A DNA stretch of 64,000 nucleotides from Hormiphora californensis. Taxonomy: Eukaryota; Animalia; Ctenophora. A model generated the notes under the pieces. That model was not told the origin of the DNA. It did no database searches and saw nothing but the letters and a program-made list of their open reading frames with translations. Position 1 is the first letter of the stretch; each line of letters starts with the position of its first letter. Location: contig CM035362.1 in NCBI GenBank assembly GCA_020137815.1, positions 2,480,001 to 2,544,000 on the forward strand. Reading direction: 5' to 3'. The position numbers and the translations under genes were made by a program. Below, piece by piece: positions 38,355 through 62,367 of this stretch.

Positions 38355-39676
38355 ATTACTGATCCCGCGGGTACCATTAAATGTACTACCGCGGACCACC
38401 AATATCAGGTGTGTCATGTTGGTATGTACCAGGTGTGTGTACCGAATTCGATTCTTCGCTTCATTGCTCCCCCAAATTGGATCATTTGAAAAAGCTCTGC
38501 ACCTACTGCTGCCGGAGCTAGGAAGGGATCGTAATGTGATACTCTCAACTAGGAATAGAACTCTCCAGCGTCCCATTTCGAAATATTTTTTGTGAAATTC
38601 ACCGCAGTTCTATTTATTCATGTTACAAGTTCCTAGGCCTATTTTAGTTCAGAAATGTTTTATCTAGAAATAGGTAATACTTGAAACTATCCAGAGTTTC
38701 AGAATCCTATTGGCCAGTGGTTAGACTGTTGATCAATAGGTATAAGTACTCTTTTATGAATTGTTAGGCGTTCGAATTGATGTCCAACCTAGGCTTTTAC
38801 TTTTTACTCCCTCTCCCCCCCCCCCCCCCCAAGACTAGGAATTCACCAGCTAGGATTCACAATTGAGCCGCACTAATGACATTCCATAATAAGACGAATA
38901 ACCCATTCAACGCTGATCAACCCATGCTGTACCATTCTCCTGCTGACAGTGTCATGTTGCTATCTTGTTGACATTTCTATATCCCAATAATCCACTCTTC
39001 CGGCCTAATTGTGTGTACAATCTTCCCTACTGGCTCTACCTTGGCCTTGCTGCATCTCCAATGGAGAATGGAGAGTTTCGACTCTTATAACCAACATTGC
39101 CACAGCACGGAGCAACTACCCAGCTTCTCTCTGTTGTTCTTCTGGCCCATTTCCAGTAGTATTTAAGACTGGGTGCGTTCATTGTTTGCTTTTGAAAGTG
39201 TGTTCTCCCTGTGTAAACATAGGGGTGTTGGTGTGATCTTTTCTCTCGTGAAAGAAATGTGTGTTTCTGCTTTTGTTCCACGTTGCAAAAATATTGATGG
39301 TGAAAGTGAGAGGAGAGTGAGAATGTGAGATTGAAGTATGGCAAGATTTGATTTGTGGCCGACAAAATACCACAGCTCTTCTTATACCATGATCTACCGT
39401 CATAGATCTCATAGCAGTCCTTTTTATTGTTTGATGTTTCCTTGTCTCTGAGTTACGGCTAAAAAGAATGTACCTAAGTTTGTTTCATAAACACGCGGTA
39501 TTATAATACCCGCTACGTGTTACCGAATAATTCATGCCCACAGAGAGCAGAGAGGCCAGAGAGCAGAGAGGACAGAACTCCATGGAGCTCCATTCATTCT
39601 GTTGTGAAATCCTTTGTGTTTTGTTGGATTCTAGCCAGCTGTGATCATCCCTGGGGCAGTGGCCTCATCTCTCTAA

Positions 39677-39763
<87 letters not shown>

Positions 39764-40052
39764 CTCTGTTCCCCTGGCTATAACAAAAGCGACTCTGACC
39801 CATCAACATTGCTGCTACATCTGAAGAGTGAAGTGTAACAGCTGTTGATATAATTCTTGAACCGTAAACCCAACACTACTTGGCAATTTGCCTAATTTTC
39901 GGTACCTTCCGGTGGCTGGAATTTGAGTGATGACATCTGTTAACTTTACTTTGATACATCATCACGGCACACACACACCAATTGACTTTGATTAGCTTTA
40001 TCCACTTTGTTGGTTTACCAGCTTTCTGGTAATCTCACTATTCACTAAGTAT

Positions 40053-40616
40053 CAGGGGTGTAGGAATGATTTTTCAAGTGAGGGGGCGAAGTCACGTGAC
40101 CAACTAAAGTGCGATTTTTAATTATGCGAACCGCTCACGCGCATTAATAATAACATAATTCCATTTGCGCGTGCTAAATCCGGTTCTTGATAAGATAGAG
40201 ACTTGTCATTGGTCGCATTAGAAAGATAACATTTTTCTCTTTCTAACGCAATCAGGATCAAGTCTTTATCTTATCAGGAGCCAGAGATATGATCGAAACA
40301 ACCAACAAAAAACTTTCCCACGGTGCGTGGGAATTTTTTGCGGTTCGCTTTATTAAAAATCGGACTTTACAGCGCTGGCCAGCGCCCAAGAAATTTTTTT
40401 GTGAGCAAGATTTAGCCACCTATTCCATTGCATTTACTATACATCGGGCGGAGCGACAGCGGAGCCCGAGAAAATATTTAGGATTTTGAGCCAAAAAGTC
40501 ATGATTTCGTCATTTGGGAGTGAGTGTTGACTGTTTGCGACAAAAGTGAGGGGGCGAACCTGGCCAAAAGTGGGGGGGCGGCCGCCCCCCTCGCCCCCCC
40601 TATTCCTACACCCCTG
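40053..40616. mobile_element. Non-autonomous hAT-like element (564 bp)
   Basis: TIR CAGGGGTGTAGGAAT / ATTCCTACACCCCTG. 8-bp TSD CTAAGTAT. Confidence 0.9.
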
Positions 40617-40994
40617 CTAAGTATGTCGTCGAAAGGGCCATTTGAAATACTGTGGGTGGGGTTGGTAATTCTGGTAATAATGAATAGTCCAGGTAAAGTA
40701 AGTGAAGGGCGTTTACTTCGTTTAGTGATTGCCACTTTCACAAGCATAGCTTACCCTGCAGAGAGACCAGTGACCGCTAATCAATTATTGACCACGAATT
40801 TCCCACACCATTTCTTGTAGACGCTTGTCCCAGCTCTAAGTTTCATAGGCTTGACTAGTTATTTCTAGATCCATAAATGAGTTCCATTTTCCTGTCAGTG
40901 TCACCGCAAATCCTGATACTTGTCTACAGGCTAATACGCAATATGTCCTTATAAATGCATAGCACCATACATGATCGTACTGTACTAAACGTAT

Positions 40995-41062
<68 letters not shown>

Positions 41063-41992
41063 GGAGAGAGGGAAAGATGGATATAGAGAGAAAATGTGAG
41101 AGTATAATAATGCTGCAGTTCATGGACCATAACGGTAACCTGTCACTTACTATACGATCATGTAGATCTTTCTCTTTGTAGACAGTGTGCTATGAGTGTT
41201 CTCCCTATTCTATATCGCTCCTGTTATATTGGAATACCTTGCAAGATTGACAATCTTTCCCCGAATAATGATTTTCCATATTCGGAAGATGATTGTCCAT
41301 ATTCATGTCAGTTGGCAAATTGTAACAGTGTGCACTTTTGTACTTTAGACAGAGTGAGGAAGAGACCTCTGGTATTATAGAGGGGGATGGACAAAAAGAG
41401 AACGAGTAGTACATATAAGCATGTTCCGTTAGTTGGCATGATACCTTTTTCTAGTGGTCCGCCAAACATTGTATGCTGAATGGTCTACAACATAAAACTT
41501 TTAATCGAACCATCTTTTATTTGCTAAAGTTCTATCTTGGAATTCTCCCATAGATGTCAATATGATCATAATATATTGATAATTGTCTCAATCCTTCCCA
41601 GAAGGATTCGAGAATAGAATTCTATTGGGTTTGCACTGTCTGATCTCTCCCTTTCAATCCATCTCCCATGTATAATAAGTCCATGCCTTCTCACTCTCTC
41701 TAAATAACGTCCAGTCTATCTCACTCTCTCCCTAACGTTCTGACTTTATCGTGCGTTAACTTCCGCCTTCTTCTATACTCATACACAAGCACAGTCTACC
41801 TGCATCTTTCTCTATCTCTCATTCTCTCTCTCTCTCTTGCTATCCTCTTTATCTCTCTCTTGCTCTCCTCTTTATCTCTCCCTTTCTCTCCCTTTCGGTC
41901 TCTCTCTTACTATGTACTGCTAGACTCTCCTTTGCTGTCTTTGTGTTTGCGTTTGTAGTTGTGTGGTTTAGATAGCAAGCCTCTATCATTCT

Positions 41993-42065
<73 letters not shown>

Positions 42066-42810
42066 CTCTCTCTGTCCATCATTCACACTCGATAAACAAA
42101 ACGGTGTCCTCTTGGAAGTTTCCACTTCTAATAGTGTATCTGTAGAGAGAGAAGCAAGTAATGAAGAGATATAAGCAGTCTGTTATAGTAGAGAGAGAGA
42201 GAGAGAGAGAGTTAGAAAGAGAGAGAGAGGGGGAGAGAGTGTGGATAAGATAAGTTCGGTGTGGTTGAGAAGAGATCTATGAATAGGACTACCACTATAA
42301 CCATTACTTATGCTTTTGGCTTCAATTTTCACTCGGCCTAAGTAAGGACCAGTGAAAAGAAGGACAAATACACCTTGACTGTTTCCTTTTTGAAGATGAT
42401 ATCTTGCTGATGTTCAACTCTCTATTCTCTACCCCGGTCACTCCCTCGAACCTCATCCCGATGCCTGGACTTTAGCCTTCTATCTACCCCGTTCCCCTCT
42501 AATCTCCCAGCTTCTATCGCCCCCTTTGTGTTGCCCACTTTGCTCACATTTTCCAGAGACTGCACTGTATGTTTGTGTACTAATCCTCACCGATTGCTTT
42601 TCTGCTTGTTTTCCATTACCATTTCATATGTTACACCCGCATATATGTGATCACACACAATGTTACTGTAAACAATGCATATGTAGTTATTTTTAGTACC
42701 CTTCCCCCGCTCTTTGTTGTTTTTATGCGGTGTGGTACTTCTAATAACAATTTTAAAGGAGTTATTTAGATAGTTCTACAGTGTAAGCAGTGGTATATTT
42801 TTACCCGCTA

Positions 42811-42912
<102 letters not shown>

Positions 42913-43105
42913 CTCTCTCTCTGGATAGTCTGCAGCAGCACAGCTTAGATAGTGTCTCAATACAACTAGTGCTTGTAGCGAAGTACATTGTTCTCCTAGG
43001 TCTATCTACAGTCGTGTATAGCTTGTACTATAATCATTGCGTGTATTGTATAAAATATATTGTACTATTTTGTCTGCAATGTATTGTGTACTAGTCGAGT
43101 ACATT

Positions 43106-43153
43106 ATATTCTTGGAATTCGGGACTAGATCTAGTCACGAATTCCAAGAATAT
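43106..43153. repeat. 48-bp near-perfect palindrome
   Basis: ATATTCTTGGAATTCGGGACTAGA|TCTAGTCACGAATTCCAAGAATAT. Confidence 0.8.
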
Positions 43154-43465
43154 GTCAGCAGTAAGTAGGTCTACTTTGCTTGTTTGGATCTTGCTTGTTA
43201 TTGTTAGCACACAAAAGACCTCTTTAAATTTTACACAACAGCTCTTTGTAAAAGTTGTTTGTACTTTGTGTGAATGATTTACTGTTTACATTTTATTTTG
43301 ATCAACAATAAATGCCCCCCCCCCCCCCTTGCACCCATTTTGATTCCTACTGGATTTGAGTTCCTAATCGTGTTATTGTTAGTATGCTAACAGCTCCTTC
43401 CACAGTTTCAGTATGTAGGGGGACACATCACATTAGGTCCTGCTGCTATTTCACACTACAACTAG

Positions 43466-46400
43466 ATGGGAGATCTTAGGAGGGCGGACTCCCGGGAGAG
43501 AATCAATCACCTGCTCAGTGACATTAGAGGTAGGTGATGTGTCATGTGGTGACAATATAGTGACATAAAGGTATCAGTATAGTGGCATAAGAGGTAGGTT
43601 GTGAGAAGATATCAACCTTCCCTGAGAATGAGAAATTGTGGTTTTGAACTGTTGTATGCACGCTCAACGGACACTGGACAGTACAGAATTTTCACCTTCA
43701 TTTATTTATCCATAAACCTATAGCTCCTAACAACTATCCCCCTGTATAGACATTGTGAACGATCATGGTAGTGCTATTGATGAGCTGAAAGAGATAAAGA
43801 AGAAGAATGAAGAGATAGCGAAGACCAAGAAAAGGGTTGACATACCGTCAATCGTGGCAGGCACTAAAAAGTATGTGATATCTGTTGTGCAGTAGCTCAC
43901 ACTGCATTAGATTTCGTTCGGGTTCGGCAGATATCTGTTGTGTAGAAAGTACTGGGATTTTACTGATTACTGAAATTTTTAATGCTCCCTGTACCTGTTT
44001 GCTTTTCATCTATGAAACATTTCACCATCCTCCTTCCTACTCTGTATTTTCCCCAGGAGTGAGATAGACATCCCTCACCGCCGCACTAAAGCTAGTGAAC
44101 TACATGGTGAGATATTGAAGAGGAGCAAGTACAATAACAAAGAGGAGTATGAACCTGCCCCTAGTAGTATAACTAGTTCTACTGGGACAGATCCCATCCC
44201 CACTCCCATGGTAGGTTGTTAGCAATCATTGTTTTTAGGAATCTTAGAACTTCCCACACCCATGGTACGTTTTCCAGCGCTTCAGGCATTGATAGGGGTT
44301 GTTAGTGGTCATTGTTTCTGATTGAAAACTAGAAACCTAAGAACCTAGTAAAACCAGATAAAACAGATTTTCGTTCGTAATATGGACTCACTTCCTCCAG
44401 ATTGAGCCAGAGAGAGTATACAATGTTAACACCGCTCCACCACCACGCAACGGGGATCCGTCACCCATTGCGGATAAGCGGAATCTGAGAAGACAAAAAA
44501 GTATCGAGAGAAGAAGTAAGTCTGAAGTCTTCTGTCTCTGACGTGATAGTTTCTGCTCTTGCTGAATGGAATTGTGTTTGATTGTTCAGATCCATGATCC
44601 CTAATCAGTTCTTCACATAATCTTCACGACTCGCTTGACGCTTCTCTAGCTCCCTTCTCCCCTGTTCGATCCCCTCTCTCCCCGTTCCGGGTTAAACATA
44701 ACAACCTTTCTCCCCTGCTCAGAGATAATAGACGCGATCAGAAAGAAAGCAACAGACCCACCACCACCAGCTCCAGATAACTCAACCTCGGACCCACCAT
44801 CATCCCGACCTAGTAGAGAGAGAAGGCGACCCCCGCCACCCATACGAGTTGAAGAGAGGAGGGCCCCAGAAACAGCAACTTCAGCTCCAAAAGCAGCACG
44901 ATCTCCACCTCCCCCTAGGGAAACGAGGAGGTCTCGACCTACCACCCCTCTCACCCCCGGTATGTTGGAGTGTGATGATATGATGTGTTGAATTCAACAC
45001 CTTTGTTTTGTTAAACGCCGGGGAGAGAGGGTCGAGCAAAATTAGGATATTTTGTTTTTATTATGATCCTTGATCCACTGCCAAATCCTAAAACTTGAAT
45101 CTAGGTTTAGATCTTGTTGTTGTTTTAAGTTGGGTTTGTGACCGCAGACCCCGTCCTGTTCATTATTGTGAGATGTGTCTGGACGGAAACGCGCGTTGAT
45201 TCAATCATTACGAAAGTGCACCTGTTCAGCATTTCAGATGTACACAGTACACAAAATGTATTCGGACAATCAATCAATCAATCAATCTAATCATTTGCCC
45301 CTTCTGACTTGTCAGTTGTGTCACACTGATGAAAACTGAAAATACTGGGTCCCCAATTGTTGCACCCAGTTGTTCTAGATCAGATCGCTTGTTAGATGTC
45401 ACATATCTCTCTCGAGTACTTAAATATGCAGCAGCACCCTGCACTGCAGTATGATCTTATTGGTAATAATTATAGAATCCTCGTATGCAGTATGTAATAT
45501 GCATCAGTATAATCCTATTGCTGAGAAGTGAGCTAAAGCTGCAAATGAACTGGGGAGAACGGACATTGTGAAAGCATACCAGTCCGCAATCTAACCCTCT
45601 TTCTCTCTTTCCTTCTCTCTCTTTCCTTCTCTCTCCCACTCTCACTATCCTTTTCTTACCAAAGCTCTTTATTTGTTCAGCCGTATCGTCCTGTATCATC
45701 ATCTTTTTATTTTGGCCTCTTCTTGCATCCAAGATATTTAAAAAGGGCGCAAAGTTAACTTTTAACATAGCGTCCCGCTCCCTCTAAATCACGTAATGTG
45801 AGGAAATATCATTTTTTAGAAACATCGTGTGTTTTTTCGGCCAGCTGGCTCCCCTATTTAGACCGTATCTCATTTCACAATGTTGTTGGCTCGCTGCCAA
45901 CGTCCCTTCAATTTTATTTTCCTCTTGGTCCTGTAATTTGTAAGCTTTCAAACTTTCAATTTTGTAAAGTTACAATTCAGTTGTTTTATAGAACATGTTT
46001 GATCCTCAGTTAGTTAGCTTCATTGCTTCGTATCTGTCTAAAAACTTGGAAAAACGTTCACATGGTAATTTGGTGGTTAACAATCGAGCCAATTCCGTCA
46101 GAGCGAGAACCGTGGTCAGAGAATTGGTCTGACATAGCCAATTAGCATTCCAATTAACCCTTTCTCTCATTCCCAGGTCGAGCGAAGACACCAGACTACC
46201 ATTACCGAATAAGAAGGGACAGTGAGGGGTCTGTTGAGGTTGGGTACATTGAGGAGCACAGTGTGGAGACAGAATGGCAGGCAATCAGGAGTAGGAAAAC
46301 CAGCAGCTCAAACGAAGGTAGAGATTGTGTGTGAATGATTTGATTGCTATACCTGCTAATTAATTGCTAATTGATCGCTAATTCATTAATAATTGATTGC

Positions 46401-49400
46401 TAATTGATTGCTAATTGATTGCTACCGCTAGCACCAAGAGCAGCACCTGCTGGCAGTTCCCTACCCCGAGGTAGTTTCCTTGGAGGTCCACGCAGGAAGA
46501 TTGTTGTTGACCGCTGTGCCGATTGTGAGGGAGGAGGTAATTAATTAATTAGTTGCTAGATAATTAAATCAAATGATTAAGTGTTTGCTACATGTACGCA
46601 TGCTATGCCTGACTTACTAATTGTCATGTCTGTTATACCTCCCCTCCCCTCTCAGATTCTCCCCCGGAGATTGAGATCCGGATCTGTAAGAAGGGAAGAT
46701 GTCCCAAGCACGAGCCCGAGACCGATCTCTCCCTTTATTCCACCAATGTGTATAACACTGATAAACCTGCCCTGATGTGCGGGAACCCCAACCCACCAAG
46801 GAGATCTAGCTCCCTGAATAGGATCCCACCTGAACCCCCACGAAGCAAGACAAAGAGTAAGTTGCACACGTCCAGGAACTTCCCCCGGACTGGTAGAGAC
46901 TGAGAAGTGAGAGATCGTTCGATCCTTCATCCTATACCACCTTCTAGGTAAAGCTAGGTACCTCTAGCTAAATAGGTATAGCTATTATTGACACCCCCTC
47001 GTTCCCCGCTAGGTGCTGTTGACACCCCAGCCTCCTCCACCCTCCCCCACTACCGGGCCCGTTCACCTGCAGCCATGGAACTGGAAAGAGTCACCAGGAC
47101 TCTGAACATGCTAAAGGCAGAGGTTGATAGTATTGTTAGAGATAGTAACGAGGACTTGCCTCTCAACGTCTCGTGAGTACTAAATTAATTAAATATGGGC
47201 GGGATATCAAGACAGTGCAATTATATAATAAAGGGATCAATTTTAGACATCAGTAATTTCCATCAAATTATATTAAATTTAGAGCTAAATTTTTAACAAG
47301 TAAATAATAAATTTAGAACTAAAATCTAAACTTTCTTCTAGACTCCTACTAAACAGACCATTACAGAACCCAGCACCCACCCGTAAGAAACTAACAGCCT
47401 TCAGACCCCACCTCACAACCACAGACACCCTGTCTGGACAGTACAAAACATCAACATCCAATTATAATTCTGGCACCCTGCCAGCCCAGAAACACTCTCA
47501 CTACCTCTCCACCACTCCAGATATAATGAGATCCCTATCTCCCCTGATTGAGAGGAGTACCGGATCTTCCTCCCCTCTTGATCCTAGGATACGATCACCT
47601 AGATTGGGAGGGAGATCAAGATCAAACAGTGGGACATTTTGGGCTGACTCACCCCTTGTTGAGAGGGGTACCGGATCCTCCCCATCTCCAAGAAGATCTC
47701 TCTCCACCTCTACACCCAGATCTAGTGAGGGTAGGAGATCTTCCTCCACTGATGGGAGGAGGTCCCCTGGGGAATGGAACACCTCCCCTCTCCACAGAAG
47801 ATCCCAATCACCTACTGGTAGACCTGACAGAAGGTCCCAATCACCTACTGGCAGACCTGACAGAAGGTCCCAATCACCTGGAGGGGAAGGTAGACCTGAC
47901 TCACCTGCGGGGGACAACCAATCAGTAGGTAGCGGGAGGAGGTCCCCCATTGCATTCAGAAATAGTGGCAGTATTATAGTTCCAGAGGTCAGACAGTCAA
48001 CTGAACGGTTGAATTTCTTATCACCTCCCGTCACACCCATCAGACGATCTCCCTCACCTACTCCTTCATCAAAATCTTCATCCACATCTTCATCCAAGTC
48101 TTCTAAATCATCATCAGAAGATCTGGTTGGACTACGTAAACCTACCAAAGTGTACTCTAAATCTGCCTCCGAGACTACTGCAACAGACGCACAGCAGTTA
48201 TATGCCCGACGAAATGACATCCGCTACACAATATCCAAACCTAGTGTTCACACCGCACCGACTATAACACTCTACAGAGACGGGGTAGTTTCACCCTTCC
48301 AACCCATATCATTGACTGATACACGACTTATTGTTAGTTCTCCGAGGGAGGGTAATTATGAGTTGGTTCACACTCCAGATGTGTTTGAGAATACTGTCAA
48401 CTCACCTGCTGAATAGAGTGGTTAGGACACCTAAAGATTTAGGGGGTGTTTCTTTAGTTTTAGGAAAACAGAAATTCAGACAGAAATTCAGACAGAACTC
48501 CAGAAATTCAGAGATTCAGAAATTCTACTAAGCTAGTACAGAGACATGGATTAATATTTTGTACAGATTCAGAAACTAACCCACCACTTCCCTCAGGATA
48601 ACAGATTCACCACGACCCTACTCTCCCTACCACCCGGACAAGACACCCTACTACCGTGCTCGCTACCACTCTGAACCCCAGTCCCCAACCGGCCAGAACG
48701 ATGCCACAACATCAACCACTGACATCCTAAACCCTCGATCCTCCAAACCCTACACTCCCAAAGAAGCTCCGATCAAGGAAACGAAGAGGTCATCCCCTAA
48801 ACCTCTCCTTCTATCAACGCATACCCTAGAAGTACCCAATGATGACCTCAGCACCCCGCTTTTCACTCTGGAAATGGAAACTGAGACTTTATCCGATGCA
48901 TCCCCGACAGTGTCATATAATAAGGTGGCACCTGTTCAGAATCAATTCTATGATATGGATCATTATGAATCTGAGTGTGATCTCGGAGCAGGGGTTAGTA
49001 GTTTCCATATGAATGTTAACCAGGGCCCTGGGTTACCTAAAAGGGAGGAACAATTGTTGACCCCACCTCCCCTACCACCGCGAGAAGGGGAGGAGGAGGA
49101 TGAGGAGGAAGAGGAGGAGGGGGTAAATGGTATCACTCTAAAAGGAGAAAACTTGTTCGATCCGTTCCACATTGGTACAACCTATGTCATCCTGTCTAGG
49201 CAGAATCATGGTCGGTTCAAGTTTTCAACCACTCCTGACCCAAACAGATCTCTTCCTGGAAGTCCCAGGGGTGCCCGAAGTGCCCGATCCGTACCATCCC
49301 CAGACCTCATGCCCCCAGGAAGTCCTGCTTCCAGTTTTAGAGGTAGAAGCCCAAACTCTACCCTGCCCCGTGGTGTTGCCAGCCCAAACTCTACCCTACC

Positions 49401-50226
49401 CCGTGGTGTTGCCACCCCAAACTCAACCCTACCAAGAGGCACGCCCGCTGGATCACCTGCCCGAGAGCTCTCCCCGGGACCAGGACCTGTTATCCGACCA
49501 ATTGAGGCTGCTACAACCCAGGCAAGTCCGATGAACGGGGATGTACTGCACTCCCCTGTTGCGGTGATGCCACCTAAACGAGAACTCTACAAACCGAGAT
49601 CCCTTGCTGGGTCCCTCGCCTCCCTAAATCTCTCCAAAACAGATCTGAACAAGAGTGGTGGTGGTAGACCTGGTTCTAGTTTCTCTCCTCCCCTCATCCC
49701 ACCCAGATCTGCAGCACGGGATCAGTCTCTTCCTAGAAGCCCAGAACAACAACTCCGCAAATTTAACAGGCCTGTAAAAGAACCAGCATTCAGGGAAGTC
49801 GCAGTGGATGTTCCTAATGCCCCTCCACCGGTAATCAATACCAGGAAACCCTCCATACAGGAAGTGGAGATGGAGAAGAAGAACCCGGCTGCACGGCAGT
49901 ACCACCTCCAGAATCTATCCTCTCCTAATTCTTCCTTCCGATCCTCCTCCCCCAGTAATAACAGGGGGAACTCCCTGAGACGGAAGATCCCTGAGGTTAG
50001 GATGCTTGGTGGTGAATGGAAAGAGTTAGCTCAGAGATTAGGGTATGATAACTCTCACATTGCTAGCTTCTCAGTGGACTATCCTAACCCAGGACAGGCT
50101 CTGTTAGATCATTGGTCGAAACAGAAAGACGCTAATTTAGATGAGCTATTGTATCATATGAAGGAGTTGGGACTTTGGAAAACAGCTGATACGTTAGACA
50201 AAACTTTTGATGATATTGCTGTGTAG
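43466..50226 (+). CDS. Pro/Ser/Arg-rich adaptor-like protein with a C-terminal death domain
   Basis: Phase-consistent exons 43466-43529, 43750-43870, 44057-44210, 44401-44515, ~44723-44959, 46177-46317, 46431-46536, 46656-46856, 47013-47172 and 48597-50226. The C-terminus EWKELAQRLGY..IASF...PGQALLDHW....ANLDELLYHMKELG fits a death fold. Confidence 0.78.
47342..48416 (+). CDS. Alternative terminal exon (Ser/Arg/Pro-rich, no death domain) of the death-domain gene
   Basis: Acceptor TTCTTCTAG|A, phase 2, open for ~358 codons to TAG. Includes the RRSQSP repeats of ORF 47526-48416. Confidence 0.7.
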
Positions 50227-50946
50227 GAATATTGGTAGGAGTGTTGTACTTATCACATTTTACATTTGATCCCTTCATCTGACATCAATATATTGAGTTT
50301 AGGTTCTGTGCGAGTAAATCTATTGAGACATTTTTATTATTTACATGTTGTTATGACGTCAGAACTAGTTTGTGGACTGTGGTTTCGTCTTGGCCGTGTT
50401 TATACTTTATACAGATAGAAAATGCAGGCACAACTGCAAATAGGTAGATCAGTATGAGTGTGAGTTTTGACATCAGATGATTCATATTTCATGATCTGGA
50501 TTCGATCATTCAGACACCATTGCAATTGCATTTATGAATTGCATCATTGAAATGAATTGCATTGTTTATTGCTACTATCGCCAATATTGTACCACCAATT
50601 TTTAAGATGTTTTATTTATCAACCGGAATTGTGGTGGTACTTGGTAAAATGGATAATTTTGGTTTTAAGCTCTGGCAAGCGCCATTCGTGGCGCGCAAAT
50701 ATTTTACGCGCGTAACAAAACAGCATACCGCGCGCGTTTATTTTTATAAAATTTTACTTTTTACATTCTGGCCCGGCCCGGTCGCGATTTTGTTTTTTAA
50801 AATATTTTTCTCGCTGTTTTTTATTTTTCCGCTACAAGGGCTCTGCTAGGATTTTCCTTAAAGTTGGTAGACACAGAGCCCAATTATAGTATAAACCATA
50901 CTATTTTCGGAAGGATTTGAGACCTAAAATAATTAAATCAGAAATA

Positions 50947-61695
<10,749 letters not shown>

Positions 61696-62367
61696 GAATG
61701 TGGTACTATAGGATGTATTATAGGGACAGCAGTTTCCGGATCGTTATATATGGATCGTTAGAGATCGTTGCGTTGCATTGATATGGCGATGGCCATGCAC
61801 CCCTCATACACCCATTATTATTTGTGAGGTTTTTGTGAGAAGTAGAAAGATGTATGCTAAGTTTATTGCAGCAGGCTGCTAGGGTCATGGATCTGCAGAA
61901 TCAGATTTGTTGGGCGAATATTTGATGGTACAGCTCGTCTTACAAGTTGAGGTCTGTGTTTTTAACCCCATCGCGTTTTGTAAATATTGTTTTGTGTTTA
62001 AACTTTAAAGTGAGGGCCCAGTAAGGGACATGTCTGTAACTGTGAGTCTTGCTTGGAGAGAGATATTGGTATTTTTTTGCTGACTGGGCCAGTGACAGTG
62101 TGTTAATTTTGTTCTATGTTCGATAACATGTCATTCAAGACCGATTATGTACGTGTCAAATTTCAATAACTTACACTATACCTATTAGGCTAAATTAATT
62201 ATTGATGCTTTTCGGTGAATTAGATTATGAATACTGCCAGTTTCAGTTTTAATTCTTATCTTAATGGTATTCAGTTGAAGTTAAAGTTTAAACCAGTGGC
62301 AGTTTGAAATTGGTTGTTTTTGTTTTTCAATTTGATTAAAATTGTAATGGAGCGTTTTACTTTGACT

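Noticed and set aside
38900-41700. Short ORFs in the long intergenic region as a gene or retroelement remnant
   Set aside because: The frames I checked are interrupted by stops and show no recognisable motif or consistent splice chain.
47501-48220. 239-aa minus-strand ORF
   Set aside because: Antisense shadow of the Ser/Pro/Arg-rich plus-strand exon, with no independent features.
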